This document shows positions 1 through 11,510 of a stretch of DNA of 64,000 bases, one piece after another (position 1 is the first letter of the stretch; each line of letters starts with the position of its first letter). The DNA is taken from contig JAMDHS010000021.1 of the NCBI GenBank assembly GCA_029717555.1, positions 1-64,000 on the forward strand, given 5' to 3'. The DNA comes from Peribolospora baueri. Its lineage: Eukaryota. The position numbers and the translations under genes were made by a program. The notes below the pieces were generated by a model. It saw only the letters and a program-made list of their open reading frames with translations, ran no database searches and had not been told where the DNA came from.

Positions 1-587
1 TGATCGTTGTGCTTACATGAGCTCGAAGAGATGGAAAGCCCACTCACTGGAGAGAAGCGCTTCTCGTGCCTGCTTGTTCCTTAGAGCGACCTTATGGACG
101 TTTTCTGCGTGCAATTTCTGTTGAAGAGGTCAGCGCGATGAAACGTGCTGCATCTCGACGCCATATAAGAAGAGACAAGGCGACCAGACGCTTACGTCTG
201 CGACCGGCGTGAAAGAAAAAAAAGACAAACCAGAGCAAGTCAGAGTGGAGCCCTTGCCTTGAAAGGCCAGCTGGTCGCACTCACAGTTTTGCTTGAAGCA
301 CTCCTGAGAACAGAAGAACGAGTCCTTCACGTCGAGCCTGCAGCGACGAGTAGCGTGGCAGAGGGCAGACCTGATGAGCAGGTCTGCACGTCAAGAGGAT
401 GAGGTCCGAAGCGCTCGACGAAGCGCTACCTTTCGCGGCTATTGGAACCCGCTCACTCTTTGCACTTGGGACACTCCAGCCTCGTCGCCGGCTTCCCGCA
501 TCCTTCACTCTTACATATCCGCTCAGCGGGAGTCGCAGGAGTTTTGACCTCGGGGACGGTTGAAGATGATTCGCTGGGTGTCGTCAT
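1..587 (-). CDS. MAP1: Methionine aminopeptidase 1, N-terminal zinc-finger exons (gene continues beyond window start)
   Basis: Exons 587-457, 337-285, 197-196 (2 nt) and 117-48 splice to MTTPSE...CKSEGCGKPATRLECPKCKELDVKDSFFCSQECFKQNYKLHAENVHK. This is the C6H2 zinc finger typical of MetAP1. All introns are GT-AG. Confidence 0.85.
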
Positions 588-1838
588 TTCTGCCAACGAC
601 GACGGCTACTGGACGGGGAATGGAATGGACGATCGATGTACTTGTTGCGAGAGCTCGATGGGCAAGAAGAAAACAGCTGACCGCAGCCGAGTAGCCGAAC
701 AGCCGAACAGCCCACCGAACGCAACTCGATGTCGTTGCCAAGACGCTTCGACCGGCGAAATGGCTACCACTTTGGCGTCCCTGGCTCTGCCAGATGTCTC
801 TCTTGCCTCGATGACTTTTTGTCTCGGTAGCTTCTCAAGAAGCATTATGCAGAGGTGTACGCCTTGGAAGTGCAGGTAAGCTCGTCTTATGTGTGTTCCC
901 CACGCCGGCCTTAACGTGTTCATTCTGACATATGCTTCCTGGGCTTCTCGTTTGCAGGCCCGCTTTGGAGACGGCTCTATGCCTTTTTTCTATGACGAGG
1001 CGGACAGAGCACACACCGTTTGTCTGTCCTCTTGCCGGCTGTTCTGTTGCGTCGACAACCGTGCTATATTTCTCCACCACGTCAGCCAACATCGACTATC
1101 GACAATGACGACAGAAAGGTTCCCAACCGATTGTCCACGGCCGCACCAGTGTCTCCCATCTCCCACGGCTGCTTCTTTGGCCGTCCATCTGCCGCCTGTG
1201 GCTTCTTCACAAGGTCAGTTGGACGACATGAGGATTTCGTCATCACCAGGGCCATCATTGGATTCCTTTTCCTTGGCCTCGGCCGCCCTGTCGCCTGCCG
1301 GCCGTCGGTGAGTTGGCGGACAATTTCAAAGGTGAAAGCGGAAGAATATGAGGGCGGTCGATGAGGACTGAGGGGACTGCGCGTTCACTTGCGACTGCGG
1401 TCCACATGGGACGTGCAATCGTGGAAACGAAGCGCCGACGCAATCAACGCGTAGTACCGAAACGTTACCGAGCTCCTGGGCTCGAGAATGATGCCGCCTC
1501 GCTTACAGCTTTCGCCTTCTTGTCACTTTCTTGCCTCCCTCCGGCGTCTCATACATTCCAATGGCCACGGGCTTGGAATTGCATATCAGGCGGCCTGCGC
1601 TTTATATACACATTCAGGCAAGCAAGATAAAGACCAAGAGAATCCAACGGCGTGACGAGAGGCTGGCGTTCCTTTCATAAAGGCTAGATACGGGGGCGAT
1701 GGACAATTAGAATGATTACAAAAATGTGTGTACGCGGCCAGAGATGGTATCAATGCGAATCGAATGGATAATGACAAGAGGTGAGCAAGGAACCGGACGG
1801 CGATGCAGAAGGTTCAAGTTGTGGTCGTGATCGAGGCG

Positions 1839-4045
1839 TCAGACAAGGCCGTTATACATCTGCCACGGCCAGCCGCCCGCGTTCGCGTCCAGCGCGCCGA
1901 GCAGAGGCACGTTGTGAAGGCGAGGAGCCCCCGGATGAGCGGGAACGTCTTCGCGTGCTGCTACGGAGATATCCACTCCGCCGCTTTGCGTTGCAGCGTT
2001 CCCCATCCCTGCGATGGCGGCGGACGCGGCGGCAAAATCCTCGGGCGTGTGCTGGAAGAGCGACGATGGATGATGCTCGTGCTGCTCGCGTGCGTGCTGC
2101 CGTCGCGGTTGCTGCTGCTGCTGCTGGAAGAGCGATGACGGATGGTGCTCGTGCTGTTGCTGCTGCTGATGGAAGAGCGATGACGGCTGCTCTTGTGTAA
2201 GCTGCCGACGCTGCTGATGGTGATGCTGGTGCTGGAACTGCTCCGAGTCGGCACCTTGGACGGGAGGATAGAAGGCGAACGGAGCGGCTTGTTGGGTGGC
2301 GGCTTGGTCACAAGGCATCGTGGTCAGGCCGAGCGCGCCCCCGTTCGGGATCTCCGGAGTCGAGGTGCTCTGTCTACGACCTTGAGATCCTACGCCATGG
2401 AAGCTGGCTGAGCGCAGAGGAGGAGGAGGCTGACTCAATGACGAAGCATCGACTCCCATGGCCTGGGCAAAACCTCTCTTCTTGCTCTTGGACTGTGGAG
2501 GGCTCAGGTCGCTGTCGTAGCCTTCCAGAGTGTTCCCGCTGCACACCGTAAGCGTGATGGGCCATCCGCTCTCCTCGCCCTCGCCGAGCTCGTCCGGCGC
2601 CTTGTATCGTCCTTGCTGACGAAGACGTTCCTCTTCCCGCGCCACGCGGTAGATGTCCTTGAGAAGTCCAACTCTGCTTGATGGGATGAAGGCCGCCACT
2701 TCGGCAGTAGCCAGTTCAAGACGGGCGATTTGGACGCGGGGAGAGCGGAGGATGGTCATCAACAGGTTAATGCGTTCTGGTGCACGGAAAAGAAGAGCAA
2801 AGTTTCAGCTTTCTTGTACATCCGCTAGGGCAACGAATCCGTCTCAAAGAGCCAACGGCAACGGATTCGCTCACCTGGTTTCATCAAATGGTCCGGCTCC
2901 TTGTGTCGCACGTCCTTGGGCCACCATTCAGGCTTTCCCTCCTCACCCCGGTTGTAAGGGCACCTGGTCTGCTTCTTGGGCTCGATGACCTTGATCCACG
3001 CCTTGGCCACGATCTTGCAGCACAGCTGCTGCAATTGTTTGAACTTGGTTTCGAGGAACGCTGTGCTCTCCGCGGGAGACGCGAGGGTCACCGTGGCCGG
3101 CAGAGGGACAGGGGAATCGACGACAGTGGGAGAGGGCGTGGGAAGGGAGACGGAGTGGGGAGGAAGAGAGATAGGTGAAGGAAGAGATGACGAGCCCATC
3201 GAAAGGGGAGCTGAGAACAGTGGCTTGCCGCCGAAAGGGTCGTCGGGCCCGCCGATCCCAAAACCGCTGAAACGGTCGCTCAAGCCGGTCGTGGGCAGGC
3301 CGGTCGTGGGCAGGCCGGTCGCCTGGCAGGCGAATCCGTCCACATCGCGGAAGGGTGTGCCGAGCACGGACGCGTCGCTTGTGCCCGCCGTGGTGGCCGT
3401 ATCGAGCGGCGGCAAGCCGCCGCCGTCGCCGCCACGCTGGTTATGGTAGAGTGCATTGGCGACGTTTGGATCGATGGGAGTTATCCCAGCGGCCTTTCTA
3501 CGGTGCGCGAGTTTGCGACCGTTGGCCTTGCTGGTGACCTTGGTCGAGGACGGACGACGTTGGGATGAGACCGAAGCGGAAGACGAGGAAGTACTGCGCT
3601 TCGAGGGAGGCGCAGAAACTCCGCCGAACGGACCATCGAACGTGTCGGCACGCACGATCTGCTCGTCGTCGATGGCAGACACGGCGTCATCGTCGTCGTC
3701 GAGATCGGGATCGTCAGCGGCCGGGTCTGCGTCGCCGTCTTCGAGCGCCTTGCGAAGCGCAGCGTCAGTGTTGCCGGCCTTCTTCTCCCTGTCTCTTCTC
3801 ACCACCTCACGCGCCTGCTCGGTTGTGTGGTGATCGAACCACTCGCCGAGAACGCTTTGCAGGGCATCAGATGCATACGTCTCCACCTCTCCGCGGGCGC
3901 TGACCCAGAGGATGGCAAAGTGGGAGCCGTTGATGTAAGCGGCCTTGCCGAGTGCTCGGAGGATCTGATCACGCTTGTTCTTGAAATGACGATGCTGTCG
4001 CGACGGGGACGAGTACGGCTCTATCCGTACGGGGATACGAGGCAT
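1839..4045 (-). CDS. DUF2841 (YDR124W-like) domain protein with N-terminal MADS-box-like segment; putative transcription factor
   Basis: ATG at 4045; exons 4045-2875 and 2776-1839. It contains [60 protein letters not shown], the DUF2841 signature, and a Q/H-rich C-terminus. Confidence 0.85.
2052..2192. repeat. Coding imperfect tandem repeat (3 copies of PSSLF-type units with Q/H tracts)
   Basis: Three copies of ggaagagcga(c/t)ga(t/c)gg separated by (gct)n runs, inside the DUF2841 gene. Confidence 0.8.
3284..3329. repeat. 15-bp coding tandem repeat (TGLPT units)
   Basis: gccggtcgtgggcag twice exactly, plus a third degenerate copy. Confidence 0.85.
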
Positions 4046-5206
4046 GATGGAGAGGTCGACCGTCGCAGACGGTGAATGTATGCGAGTCTGAGACTGACGG
4101 GTGGGGCACAGGTGGAAAGCAGGGTGGGAGAGACTGTAGACCGTGGCTCGGACGGCGCGCTCGTCGGTACGTCGATGAGGAAGGATATGGCGTGGTCCGA
4201 TGGACGAGATGTCTCTCCTGTAGCACCGTGAAGGACAAAGAGGGTTCAGAAGATGGACGGCAACGCTCGTTCGAGGCACGGTGGACGAGAGGGACTGTTT
4301 CGTCCCGCACCTGAGGGCAGCTGGCGAAAGGACGAGGTAACACGAAAGAGGAGACGATAGGTCGACGAGAACGAGGCGGACTTGACGGCTGACGATGGCG
4401 TGCCGGACGGTGCACAGCGTGTGGGTGGGTGATAGGTGGATGGTATCGAAGGACTGCCGTAGAATGCCTGCGAGGCGGAGAAGAGAGAAAGGACACGAGT
4501 GATGGGTCAGGGCGATTGAAGGTGGAGGGACCGTCGGATGAGCGATCGTCGGATGAGAGCGTCGGCCGGGGAGAGATGAACGATGGGCGAGGGAGAGGTG
4601 AATGAGATGGGAGAGGAAGGGTGAGCGCCTGGTTAAGAGAGATGCGACGAGGTCGACCTGTGGGATGGGTCGTCGCGTTCCCTTCCGAATTCCTGGCCTC
4701 GACGTGTTGGGCCGACCAAGGAGGCATGTCAGCAGGCTCGTCGAGCTGGATCGAAAGCGCGCGTTTTGGAAGTTGAACGGGAGCGAGCGCGAAGAAAGTG
4801 GCGGTGGAGGAGAGAATGTCGACGACCGATCGACATTGGCCCGCGGAACGAAACGCTGTATGATGACCCGAGGGGTGATCGAACGGGTGGGGGGAATGGT
4901 GCGGGGCAACGAAAGAGAGAAGGCCGAGGGCTGTGCTGTGCGGCGGTCGTGCCAGTTCGCTGGTGGGCGTGCAATCCAGCCATCCTGGATATGATATGTC
5001 TATCGCCATCGGCTCGTATGTCGATCCCGTGCCAGCCGACGAGCGTGATCAGCGCTGGAGATGGAATGAAGATGAGACAGCCGCCGGCAGCCAGGTGAGT
5101 ACGTAAGCCGGTCGGTCGGGTTAGCCAGCCAGCCTGATGATGATGACAAGAGGAGGCCGGCCTGCGGGGTCGGGGGGTCGCTGGATGCGATCCAGTGCGG
5201 CGACGA

Positions 5207-5231
5207 GATTGATTGATTGATTGATTGATTG
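5207..5231. repeat. (GATT)6 microsatellite
   Basis: Direct reading of the sequence. Confidence 0.95.
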
Positions 5232-7354
5232 CAGTTCTCCGACAGTTCTCCGAGTCGGCCTCGATGCATGCGCCGTTGGTCGGGATGCGAGCGACCAACA
5301 GACGCAAGGAGGGCAGCCCGGTCGGATCTGCTGGAGCGAGCAGAGGCTCAGGCTCGCCATGGCCATCGTCGTCTGTCCGTCCGCCGTCGCGTCAAGGCGG
5401 GTCCACCGACAAGCCGACAAGCGGAGGAACGAGCGGCGGGCTCGCCAAGCAAGGGTGAAAGCGGCATGAGGACGTTGGGCCGGCATCCGCATCGGCATTG
5501 TCGTCGTCGTCGTCGTCGACGTCGACATCCTTTCCGGTCGCCTGACTTGTCTCCACGTCCCCTCTCGTTCCAATACTTGCTCCCGTCCAGGGGCGGCGAC
5601 GCGTATAACGACGACGGCCAAAGCTGGCCGCGGCCCGTCGCCGTCCCATCCGCTTGGACACCTCAAGTCCTGCAACGACGCACAGTTGCCCGCTCTCCCC
5701 GGGAAAGGTGCAGCGGAACGAGTTCGCTTGGCCTTGCTCGGAACGGAGGTCGCTTGTTGTTGCTTGGACTCAGCTCCATCGTCCTCGCTCTTACCCGATA
5801 AACGCGGCCATCGAGCGGCCGGCCTTCTCTCGATCGGCAGGCTGCCGCAGCCCGTGATCGACGTCAAGGTCACCTTCCCCAACACCACCCGTCCCGGCCA
5901 GCCCCGGAGCGAAGATCGACGCCTGCCCACCACATTACGAACCCTGCCACGACCGCGCACGGATAGAAGCAGGAATGGGAAGGTGCGACGAGCGACGAAG
6001 ACGGCGCACCGAAAGGGGCCCAGTCGATGTCCGTTAGCACCGCTCTGTATCTCCATGGAGGCTGAGGAGCGCTCACTCCTTACGCTTTCTCCCTGACAAA
6101 CTGAGAACTAATGAATCCCATTTTGCTAGCCGTATTGACCTAATCGCAGATGTCGCCCGATCATCCCCAGGATAGGGTTCAATTCCGAACGATAATGACC
6201 TCCGTTCAGCGGCCCATTGATCGTGTTCATTTGATAACCGCAGCATCCCATTACACGAACTGTCCATCGCTCAATCATCGCAAAAGGAGGCTCTCTCCCG
6301 GGATAGACAGCTGACGTGGCTGACGGAGTCTTCCGGAGCTGGCTGCTCGCATCTTCATCGATTCTGTCACTGAGTCCAGATTTTCCCTTCTCTCATAGTG
6401 AGCGCTCCCTGCGTAACCGCCAAATCGAATGAACGCCGAGCACGACTTCTTTAAGTGCCTCGATGAGCACAAGTTCAACGCGGACGATGCGTAGTGATCG
6501 TGGCTGCCTCGTTGCAATCCATAGTTATCCTCCCTAGCCGCGCAGTCGAGTCGAGCAAATCTGTTCCCCATCTCTCAGATACGACCTCGCGACTGCACTC
6601 ATCCCTCGGAGCGGCGTGGAGCAAACAACATTTCTCTTAGAAGCTCAACCCACGAGTCAGGCGGTCGCTAGCTCGAACGTGCATCACGGACTCGCCGGCC
6701 CGTCCGTCAACGTCCCTGGGGCGCCAAGGTTTTCTCTCCAGCGGCCGGCGCGTCCACCCGATTGTCACAGACAGTGAGGGCACGCGGTACGTGCCCGCAA
6801 GTACTGCACGGAGGAGATACGAGGGCGATGATGGAGGAGTTTCGCGCCTTATGGCTCACCCACCTTTCCGTTCTTAACCTTCTGGTATGAGCGTGGGTGA
6901 GAGAACAGGCATGATTGGCGTTTCGGTTTGCTTAGTACTCGTGACTGAGGACATGGCGGAAATTTGGAACAGAGCGTTTGGAGGGCCCGCGCTCACTTGG
7001 CATGGCCGCCTGTCCCGTCTTTCCTATCGTACTCTGGGAGGTCACTTCAGACAGGTCATCTCTGGGGAGAAAGAGATGCACGTTCTGTAGCAGTTCTCCC
7101 TCTGCAGATGGACAGCATATTTAATCAGCTCATCCACTTTTCAATGAGGGGAAAAGCGAGATGTGCAAACCCGAGGTTCAGTTTATATGAATAGCCTTCC
7201 CCAAGTGAAACTCAAAAAGGTTGGAGGGTAGAGGTGCAGGGGAAGGATGGTTGGAAGGTAGAGGTGGACGTTAAGGACAGTTCGAATAAGGACCTGGCTG
7301 ACGGCTCATGCCATCGACGCTACCCATTCCGCCCCAGGCGCCGTGTGGGTCCAC

Positions 7355-8776
7355 CTAGAGCTTGTACTGCGTCTTGGGGTACTTGGTCTCGCTCGTGGCC
7401 GCGTCGTCGCAGAAGAAATATGTGTCCCCAGGCTGAGCGGGACGGACACGGCTAGCGGGAAGGCCTTTCTCGGGCTCGTCGAGCACGGTGTGCAGGGTGT
7501 CCTTCTTTCCCTCTCCCGTGGCAACAAAGGCTATGCGATGGGCGTGGTTCAGGACGGGGTAGGTGAAAGTGACGCGCTTCGGCGGCGGCTTGGGGCTGTC
7601 CGTCACGGGCGCCACCCATCTGTCCTCCTCCGTAAGCACTTCGTGTCCCGGAAAGAGCGAGCAGGTGTGTCCATCGGGGCCGATGCCAAGCAGGATGAGG
7701 TCGAAGACCGGGTTACGCACGCTCTCCTTCTGCGCAAAGGCTTGGATGAGCTGCTTTTCGTACTCGTCTGCCACCTCCTCCGGGTCTTCCTCCTGCGTGT
7801 TGATCGTGTGGATCTGCGAACGCTTGAGCTCGGGCACTTTGCTGAAGAACTCATCGTTGCACAGTTTGTAGTTCGAGTCTGGGTGGTCAAGGGGGACGAT
7901 GCGCTCGTCTGCGAAGAAGATATCCCTGTTTGGCGGGGCGAATTGGGGTCAGTGAGCGGTAGGTGCGAGGTGCTTCGTCTGCGAGCACGTGCGAGCGGAA
8001 TATAGATCGGCGACCAAGACCTCGGCAGTACAAATCAAAGAAAAGGTCGATCGAAGGCGGAACTTTCCATCGCAGCCATCTGAGCCGCCATTCAGCGGCT
8101 GTCCTCTAACCCCATTCAACTGCCCGTGCCGATTCCCCTCTACAATCTCCTATCGACCTTTGGAGGGACATCGGTGGAAAAAACTTACCACTTGTCCCAA
8201 CGCAAGCCGTCTTGCTCGCCTTTGCCGACGAGGTACTTTGCAAGAAGCTTGGGCAGCGATCCGCCAGAGATAGCTACGGTGAACTTATCCCTTCTGCCGA
8301 TAGCCTCATTTTGAGCCTGCGAGCATGAAATGGAAAGGCACGCCACGTAGTGAAAAAGCAATGCGAAATAGGGGAAGTATGGGGTGTGAGGATCAAGGGC
8401 GTCATTGAGTACTGATCCGCGAGCGATCTGGCCGTTGTTGTCCTCCACAACGGCCTCGCCCATTCAGTCGTCGCGCCTCCATGCTCATCTCTCCGTCGCT
8501 CGTCGCATATTCATGACCTTGCCCTGGTGTCCCATCGTCCCTTGGATTATGCCTCTGCACTCATCGCATCCTGATGACCATTCCGTCTCTCGTCTCCACC
8601 TCCTTTCCTATTCCCTTCCCCCTCCTCCTCCACCAGCCCCGCTCGGTCCAGCCACGCACGCTCACCTTGACGACGAAATTGGCGAGAGCCTTGGACAAGG
8701 CATCCGAGTCGGGGAAGGAGAAAAGCACGGGCGGCCTAGGCTCGGTGCGCGGCTTGGAGTCGACAGGGACGGACAT
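7355..8776 (-). CDS. SOL3: 6-phosphogluconolactonase
   Basis: Three exons giving MSVPVDSK...[14 protein letters not shown]...[15 protein letters not shown]...[21 protein letters not shown]...[18 protein letters not shown], all PGL motifs. The symbol is by family; the SOL1-4 paralog assignment is uncertain. Confidence 0.93.
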
Positions 8777-9773
8777 GGTGTGGACGAGGGTGTGGTCTTG
8801 CAACGGAGACAGGATCGGCTGGGTGCAGAACGTCGGAGTGCGCGTCCGACGTTAGGTGAGGGTGCGGAAGACGGTTGCTGCAACTGCAGCCGTGGTGACA
8901 CTTGTTGTAGAGACGGAGGGTTGGATCAAGCGCCGAGGAAGGCGGAGCGACGAGGGTGAAGAAAGAGGACTGCTTGCTTGCTTGACAGGCGGATGGTGAT
9001 GGCCGGGTGAGATGCACGCTTTCTTTGGTAGCCGCAACGTCGACTGTTCGATCGTGGGCGGACGAAACGCGATTCGCTGACAGACGCCGAGACGAAGGTC
9101 AAAGACGGGCAAAGACGAGATTGTAATCGGACTAAGGACGTGGTAAGCGCCGGTTTGTAATCCTCCTGCAGACACGCCACCCCTGGAATTAGAGCGACGT
9201 TTACAGCGGCCGTATTCAATTAGCGCACACGCGTTTACCAACCAGCCCGGCTGGCCCGATCGTCTTCTCCGCCACATGGGACCATGTCGCCTGACACCCG
9301 AGTCGAGTCGCTCCTCTCCGTGCCGAGTGCCGAGTGGGATCCCATTTACATCCTACTCGCTCTCCGTTCTCTCCCTTCCCTTACCATATATATGCCCCTG
9401 TCAACGCGCGCCCGACACCCGCACCCGGTGCGAACCCGCGTCCCGACCGGCGCTCGCGTGACCGCAGCGTATGCCTTGCGCGCTGACTCGTTGCCGCAGC
9501 AGCGCCGCTTCGGACCGCAAGGCCAGCCGATCAAATCGTGACGCCACGCTGGACGACGCTCCTTCTTGCCATCATCTTCCACACCAACGACAACCCACCG
9601 CCACACTCACACCTCCCTCACCGCCACCCACCAGCTCGTCACCCCATCCCTCGCCAAGCCACCCACTTGTATTCCTCGCCTCGTCCCTGCATACCTCCCC
9701 CAAGCCGCTCTCTACCCCATTCTCCTCGTTCGCCCCTTCACTTGGAAAGGAAAAGAAAAGAAAGGAAAAGAAC

Positions 9774-11043
9774 ATGTCGACCGACTGGGACAGCAAGACC
9801 GTCAGTGAGTGCCCCAGCCGCCGCTGTCCTTTCTGTCTTCTCTTCTTGTACCTCTTCCCTTCCTTGCGCCAAGCAGATCATCGACCATACATCAAATCCT
9901 GAATGGGCTGATCAAATCGCATTGTAAGGTCGGTGCCACTGACGTATTGCCACACGCATTCTCGTTCCCTTTTGGACTACGGCTCCTCTTTTGCCTCTCC
10001 ATCTAGTTGGTGTGAGTGTTCTGTCCTCTTCCCTTTTTCCTCCAACAGGTCGATCAGACGCTTGCTTGTTTTCGACAACTGATTTCTGTTTGAACCAAAT
10101 TCTCCTCGTCCGTCTTTGATCCATCCTCATGATGCACAACGATCCACTACAGACCAAGACCCGCGGTGGCCAGTCCCTAGGCCAAGGCGGAAGCTCCGCG
10201 TATGACACGGCCAAGAAGGTCGGTGCGATCAAGGAGAACGACCGCAAGGGTGAGTGCTGCGGCCAGTTGAATGCTCTCGTGGAGCTGTGACAGGAGACAA
10301 AAACGGCTTGGGAGGCCCAGGCTCGTTGGATGGGTCGTGCGGATTTGCTGATTCCTTTGCGTACTGATCCCCTTTCGACCTCCACAGCTGCTGCGGGTCA
10401 GAACAAGGCGAGCATTGCCGCTTTTCCTATGTTAGCGTGAAAGCCCTCTCACTGATTTTTGCTTCATTGTTCTGCTCCCTCGGTCCTCATCACATCTACA
10501 GAGCCACTCAGGCCCTGATCACCAGCGAATCGCCAAGCTTGACCGGGAGAACGAGGTGGCGCCGCCGCCCAAGGTCTCTGCGGACGTTGGAAAGGTACGT
10601 TCGGCCTCGAATTTTTATGATTTAGTCCGCCGTTTTCTGATTCTTTCGCCCTTGCACCATTGCAGACCATGATGAAAGCGCGTCAGGAGAAGGGCCTGAC
10701 GCAGAAGGACCTTGGGACGCGCATCAACGAGAAGCCTCAGGTAGTGCGTATTATTGGTTTGCCTGCCTCGTCCTGCGCCTCACCCGTCTCTTCCCTTCTA
10801 ATGTGATCTGCATCCTCTGGTGCTGACCCTACAGATCGGTGACTATGAGGCGGGCCGAGCCGTGCCAAACCCGCAGATCTTGGGCAAGCTCGAGCGGGCT
10901 TTGGGCGTCAAGCTCAGAGGTTCGTTTACGACCCAACGCTTTGCTCACAGTATTCACTCGGTCGCTGACGTTTACCACGTCCCTTCTGCACTTCTCCAGG
11001 CAGAGACATCGGTTTGCCACTGGGCGGACCCAAGAAGAAGTGA
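9774..11043 (+). CDS. MBF1: Multiprotein-bridging factor 1
   Basis: Spliced product [18 protein letters not shown]...[94 protein letters not shown]. It needs a 5-nt exon (10007-10011) and a GC-AG intron (10408-10501). Confidence 0.95.
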
Positions 11044-11510
11044 TGGATAAGGAGTCTTATAGCAATTTGTCCTTGATACACTGCGGGTGGAACGAACGGG
11101 TGGCACCGATTCGTCTAGATAGATAGAAGCAATTGCATGCCCGGTTCAGCTCCTTTCTCCATCCGCTGGCTCCTTCGTGGTCCGTTCGTCTCCTCGATTG
11201 TTCTTTGTCTTTCTCTTAAAAGTCCTCGCTTCGACCGTCGGCCTTCCGCTGTAAACTATTCCCCGCCCCCAGCTTCCTTCACCCTCATCGAGCCCGCCCT
11301 CTGCTTTTTCGCTCCGGCTGGGGAAGTTGACTTCAAATTTGAAAATAATCGGTGCTGTGCGCTGCGCGGCACAGATTTTTTGGGCTACGAAAACAGACTG
11401 GTGGAGAGGGTGCTCACATGGACGATGGATAGCGGCACGGTAACGCTCAGCCATCTATTGAGCCGTCGTCAGATGGCACGCTCCCTTGCACTTGGGATCG
11501 CACCGCCCGT

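Noticed and set aside
190..284. Stwintron (nested twin intron) explanation for the AG-NN-GT sites in MAP1 and QCR6
   Set aside because: The two nucleotides are needed in the mRNA to restore the frame and conserved residues, so they are exonic rather than part of an interrupted splice signal.
4046..4909. N-terminal ~290 aa of the 694-aa ORF 2825-4909 as annotated protein
   Set aside because: It has a TTG start and an S/P/R/H/L composition typical of a C-rich leader, and the recognisable domain starts right at ATG 4045. Kept only as a possible non-AUG extension.
5121..6600. Several 100-311 aa ORFs on both strands
   Set aside because: No recognisable motifs or consistent splice structure; expected by chance at this GC content.
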